Origin: Girardia tigrina
Lineage: Eukaryota
Direction of reading: 5' to 3'
Assembly (NCBI GenBank): GCA_001938485.1
Contig: MQRK01250436.1
Location: forward strand, 1-52,315
Length of the DNA stretch: 52,315 nt
Shown in pieces: positions 50,903-52,315 of the stretch. Below the pieces are notes generated by a model, which did no database searches, was not told the origin of the DNA, and saw nothing but the letters and a program-made list of their open reading frames with translations. How positions within the stretch are numbered: position 1 is the stretch's first letter; each line of letters starts with the position of its first letter. A program made the position numbers and the translations under genes.

Positions 50903-51669
50903 TATAACAATTAACGATTTTATAAAAAAATTATGAGGAACTATGTTTTCTTATTTTGCACAAACCAGATAATAAAATTGCTAAATAAAATATCAATACA
51001 AAAAATTTAATTAAATTATAAATATTTATACTTTATTTATTACAAATTTTAAGATTATAAATTAATTTGCACATTATATTATAATTGTCGATGAAGGAAA
51101 ATGAAATTAAAAAACATGTTCAATAATCGATGTCTCTAAAAACTTAAACAAAATTATTTTTCAAAAATATAAAATTAACCATCACAAAATTTTATATTAT
51201 ATATATGATGTTATCTTTGTCTTATATTAAATGAAACGTTATTTAATTTTTAAATATTGAAATATTTATTTTTCATCTTTAATATTATGAACAAATATTA
51301 AAAGAAAAATAATCTTCCATTTCAGGAAGATCTTTTTTAAAACACCTGCTGATACGTTTAAATCTCGTAGTGAAGGTAAATTATATTGTGATTTTTTTTA
51401 AGCTTGACAACATACGCTTCTGCTATATACATCAATTTTGTTTCAACTTGTTAAGTTTTCATTTAAAAGAATCCTTGAAAGTGAATCAAATGACGATTCG
51501 GTGAAGTATAAACAATGATATTAAAAATTAAAATGCGTAAAATTTCGTTTTTTATATATTGAAACTCCCTTTAATGTTTGTAAAGATCATTCTTTATCAT
51601 AATATCAATAATATAATTCACCTTATTAATAACGAAGATCAAAAATGACATGGCAGATAGGTCAGACCT
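50533..51669. mobile_element. Non-autonomous TIR element of unknown superfamily
   Basis: About 32-bp imperfect inverted repeats AGGTCTGACCT.TC..CCATG.CA.TTTTGAT; internal (TA)n at about 50864-50900; TSD not resolved. Confidence 0.55.
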
Positions 51670-51799
51670 CGACATATTAAGCCAAACTAATGTGTTTTAA
51701 AATTTATTACCTTGGTGTTTTTCTTTTATTAGTAAAGCATCATAAAATTTACTACAGTTGATGTTCTTATCTTATATTTGGCATTTCCTGAATTTATTA

Positions 51800-52315
51800 T
51801 TAGGTGTACAAGTATGAAATGCAGATTAAATTTTGAAAAGAAATACGTTAAAAACAAAAGAACGATAAAAAAAGCTTTATTCAAAATATGCTCCATTACT
51901 AATGATACATTTGTCCCATCTATATCTCAAATTGTGGATTTCTCGCCAGTAAAAGTCTTCCTTTTTTTCCGTGAACCATTCATCGACCAATTTTTGCACA
52001 TTTTCGTAAGAATCAAAGCGCTGCTGAGCAAGTGCGTGACCCATCGATGCAAAAATGGTAATCTGAAGGAGCCAAGTCTGGTGAATAAGCCGCATGAGGT
52101 AAAACTTCCCAATTCATTTCCTCCAACATGACGCGAACCGGTTTTGATGTATGTGACGAAGCGTTGTCATGGAGAAGAATAACCTTGTGTTGCTTTTTGA
52201 GGTATTCAGGTCTTTTTTGAAGCAGCGAACGGTTTAAATCAACCAACTGTTGTTTCTAACGTTCAGTATTCACCGTTTCACCGGGTTTTAATAGTTCATA
52301 ATAAATTACATCCTT
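51800..52315 (-). mobile_element. mariner, same family as 48431-49588, runs off the window
   Basis: Same TIR after TA; LLHDNASSH, WEVLPHAAYSPDLAPSDYH, frameshift. Confidence 0.93.

Overview
AT-rich, gap-containing eukaryotic sequence, most likely an invertebrate metazoan (AGAP GTPase domain and an insulin-type motif present; no prokaryotic features). I found no intact host gene. The window is a dense graveyard of mobile elements: Tc1, mariner, DD37D and DD37E transposons, several MITEs, Gypsy fragments, an RTE LINE, an RLE-type non-LTR tail, Penelope-like ends and probable solo LTRs. These are interleaved with short, decayed fragments of unrelated conserved host genes: AGAP, GPKOW, an insulin-A-chain-like motif, ADP-ribosylglycohydrolase, a divergent beta-tubulin, NUP214, ERK and a BET bromodomain. 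Highlights: (1) a 1.46-kb TG...CA-bounded unit with an ATCGG 5-bp duplication that carries a NUP214 5' fragment and splits a Gypsy integrase; (2) an LTR-retroelement relic in which a chuvirus/gB-like glycoprotein reads directly into an aspartic protease; (3) a complete HDV-like ribozyme fold at the 5' end of the RTE LINE; (4) hammerhead-like cores in Penelope ends, two of them in a foldback arrangement. All family assignments come from motif recognition by eye and need HMM/BLAST confirmation.
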